Shown here one piece after another: positions 8,995-10,732 of a stretch of DNA of 10,732 nt. Source of the DNA: Piromyces finnis finn (lineage: Eukaryota > Fungi > Neocallimastigomycota). The first letter of the stretch is position 1; each line of letters begins with the position of its first letter. The position numbers and the translations under genes were made by a program. The notes under the pieces are model-generated. The model was not told the origin of the DNA. It ran no database searches and saw nothing but the letters and a program-made list of their open reading frames with translations. Where the stretch lies: positions 1 to 10,732 of the forward strand of contig MCFH01000231.1 of assembly GCA_002104945.1 (NCBI GenBank), read 5' to 3'.

Positions 8995-9413
8995 TTTAAA
9001 AGTAAACAAATATAATAATTCATGTTATAAAATAATATAATTAAACACCTTTATTAAAACATTAAAAATAATTATTACTTTAATTAATTGTAAAATAATC
9101 AACTTTTTATATTCTTTAACTTTTAATTATTTCTTTTATTGTTATTTCTAATTACTTTTATTACTTTTATTGTAAATAGTTATTAATATTTATTATTTTA
9201 ATGTAAATAGTTTAAATTTAAAAGAAAATATAAATACATGTAAATATTCTTATTTTAATCATTATTATTATTAATAAAGAAATATTATATAGTTTAGTTA
9301 ATATTTTTGTAATTTTAATAATCACTTTTATAATTAAATAAATAAACTTTTAATAATTAAATATTAGAAATTAGAAAAACGAGTGTTTCTAATAAAACAA
9401 TTTAGTGTTAATA
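8995..9413 (-). repeat. Long inverted repeat A, right arm (partner 3652-4035)
   Basis: Reverse complement of 3652-4035 with scattered 1-3 bp indels, a few substitutions and an extra ~25 bp (~9290-9315); its inner end lies ~65 bp upstream of the inferred gag start. Confidence 0.95.
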
Positions 9414-9562
9414 ATTTCAAATATTAAAATTTTATACTTTGAAATTTTATAAAATTTAAAAAATAAAATTTTTCACATTTTCAAATTTTCAAATTTTAAA
9501 AAAAATTTTAATTTTTTCCATGTGTCCAAATTTTTTAAATTTTTATATATGTTATTATGACA

Positions 9563-10077
9563 TTATTAATGATACAATAAGAATATATTATCTTAATTCT
9601 ATAAATGAATATAGAAAGTGATAATATCTGTATCTAAAAAAAATATTTAATAAATAAAAATAAAGAAAATAAAAATAAATGTTTTTTATACTTGTTCATT
9701 TTCATATAGTTATTAGTTTTTATAAAATAAGTTTATTTAATTATAAATTTTGATATTTAATAACTCTCGTATTATTAAATATATATATATTTTATTATTA
9801 ATACATCTCGTATGTATATGAATATAATTATAAATATTATTTTAATAAATTTAATATTATATAATTTTGAGGGATTATTAGGAATAATTTTAAAAAGAAC
9901 ATTTTCTATTACTATTTATACAAAATTATTATTTTAAAGTATAACTATAAACAAATATAAACTATTTAATTTAAAAAGAATTAAACAATTAAATAAACGA
10001 AAAGTTTACATTTATAATTTTTAATTTAATAATTTTATACATGTTAAATATTTTAATTTTAATCTGTGTTTTAAATA

Positions 10078-10080
<3 letters not shown>
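9563..10080 (+). repeat. Repeat family B, copy 3
   Basis: Direct repeat of ~1084-1581 (see copy 2), followed by (TTA)11. Confidence 0.92.

Positions 10081-10113
<33 letters not shown>
10081..10113. repeat. (TTA)11 microsatellite tail of repeat B copy 3
   Basis: Eleven perfect TTA units. Confidence 0.95.
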
Positions 10114-10313
10114 GTTTATTATTTATAAATTTAATTATTTATCATTAATGATAAATAATAATTATAAATATATTATAAATTTGATATTTGTAGAAAATAT
10201 TATTATAAAATAATTATCAAATAGTTTTATATAGCTTAGCAACAAAGCATAATTTACATAAAATCAAATATATTATAAATTTATATATTTGATTGGGTTA
10301 AATTATAAAAACA

Positions 10314-10398
10314 TTTTTTCCAACCTAGTTATCTTTAACCTTTTATTTAATTTAATATTTTAATATTAAATTATAAGTTTAGTAAAACTTTTACAATG
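10314..10398 (-). repeat. Repeat C, inverted partner of 2374-2460
   Basis: Reverse complement match to 2374-2460 over ~85 bp with 2-3 differences. Confidence 0.9.
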
Positions 10399-10732
10399 AC
10401 CTAATCCATTATTGTTCCTAAATGTATGAAAACTTTACAATATACTTATTTGTAAATTAATGTATACACTTAAATTATATTTAAAATTATTAATAATTAT
10501 TTTTATTGAACTTAAATTTTATTTTGTTAAACTTTAATATTAATTTAGTAATAATAATATATTGAAAATTATAGTTTATTGAACTTTTAGTTTAATTTAT
10601 CAAGTTAATGAATTTTTATTAATTAAAATTATGAATAATATTTCTGTAAACTAGTAAAATTCTTTAGTTAAATATATTTGAAGTAAACTTTTAATGTATG
10701 TTAATCAATTTAATAATATGTATAAATATTTA

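Noticed and set aside
3652-9413. DIRS-type or Ginger-type classification because of the inverted termini
   Set aside because: Protease and DDE integrase are present with no tyrosine recombinase (not DIRS); full gag, RT and RNase H are present (not Ginger).
9517-9528. Minus-strand TGGACACATGG as a PBS next to repeat B copy 3, treating B as the LTR
   Set aside because: It is ~35 bp from the repeat edge, no tRNA 3' end was recognised, and B lacks TG...CA termini and an adjacent PPT.

Overview
Extremely AT-rich eukaryotic, repeat-dense DNA with no host gene. The composition and element type suggest an anaerobic gut fungus (Neocallimastigomycota) or a similarly AT-rich eukaryote; this is inference only. 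The centre (~4037-8930, minus strand) is a Ty3/gypsy (Metaviridae) retrotransposon. It has gag with a CCHC knuckle, a canonical -1 frameshift signal (T TTA AAC plus hairpin), and pol in the order protease-RT-RNase H-integrase. All catalytic motifs are readable, but the frames are broken by many single-base indels. Only one LTR candidate (4037-4293, TG...CA, next to a PPT) is present, and no 5' LTR or PBS was found. Instead the element is bracketed by a ~385-420 bp INVERTED repeat (3652-4035 / 8995-9413), whose left inner end lies 1 bp from the LTR terminus. The flanks hold a ~500 bp repeat family (tandem pair at 546-1581, third copy at 9563-10080, two copies with (TTA)n tails), a ~87 bp inverted pair, micro/minisatellites and an unexplained CpG-rich island at ~3062-3290. 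Coordinates were read by eye and repeat edges are approximate.
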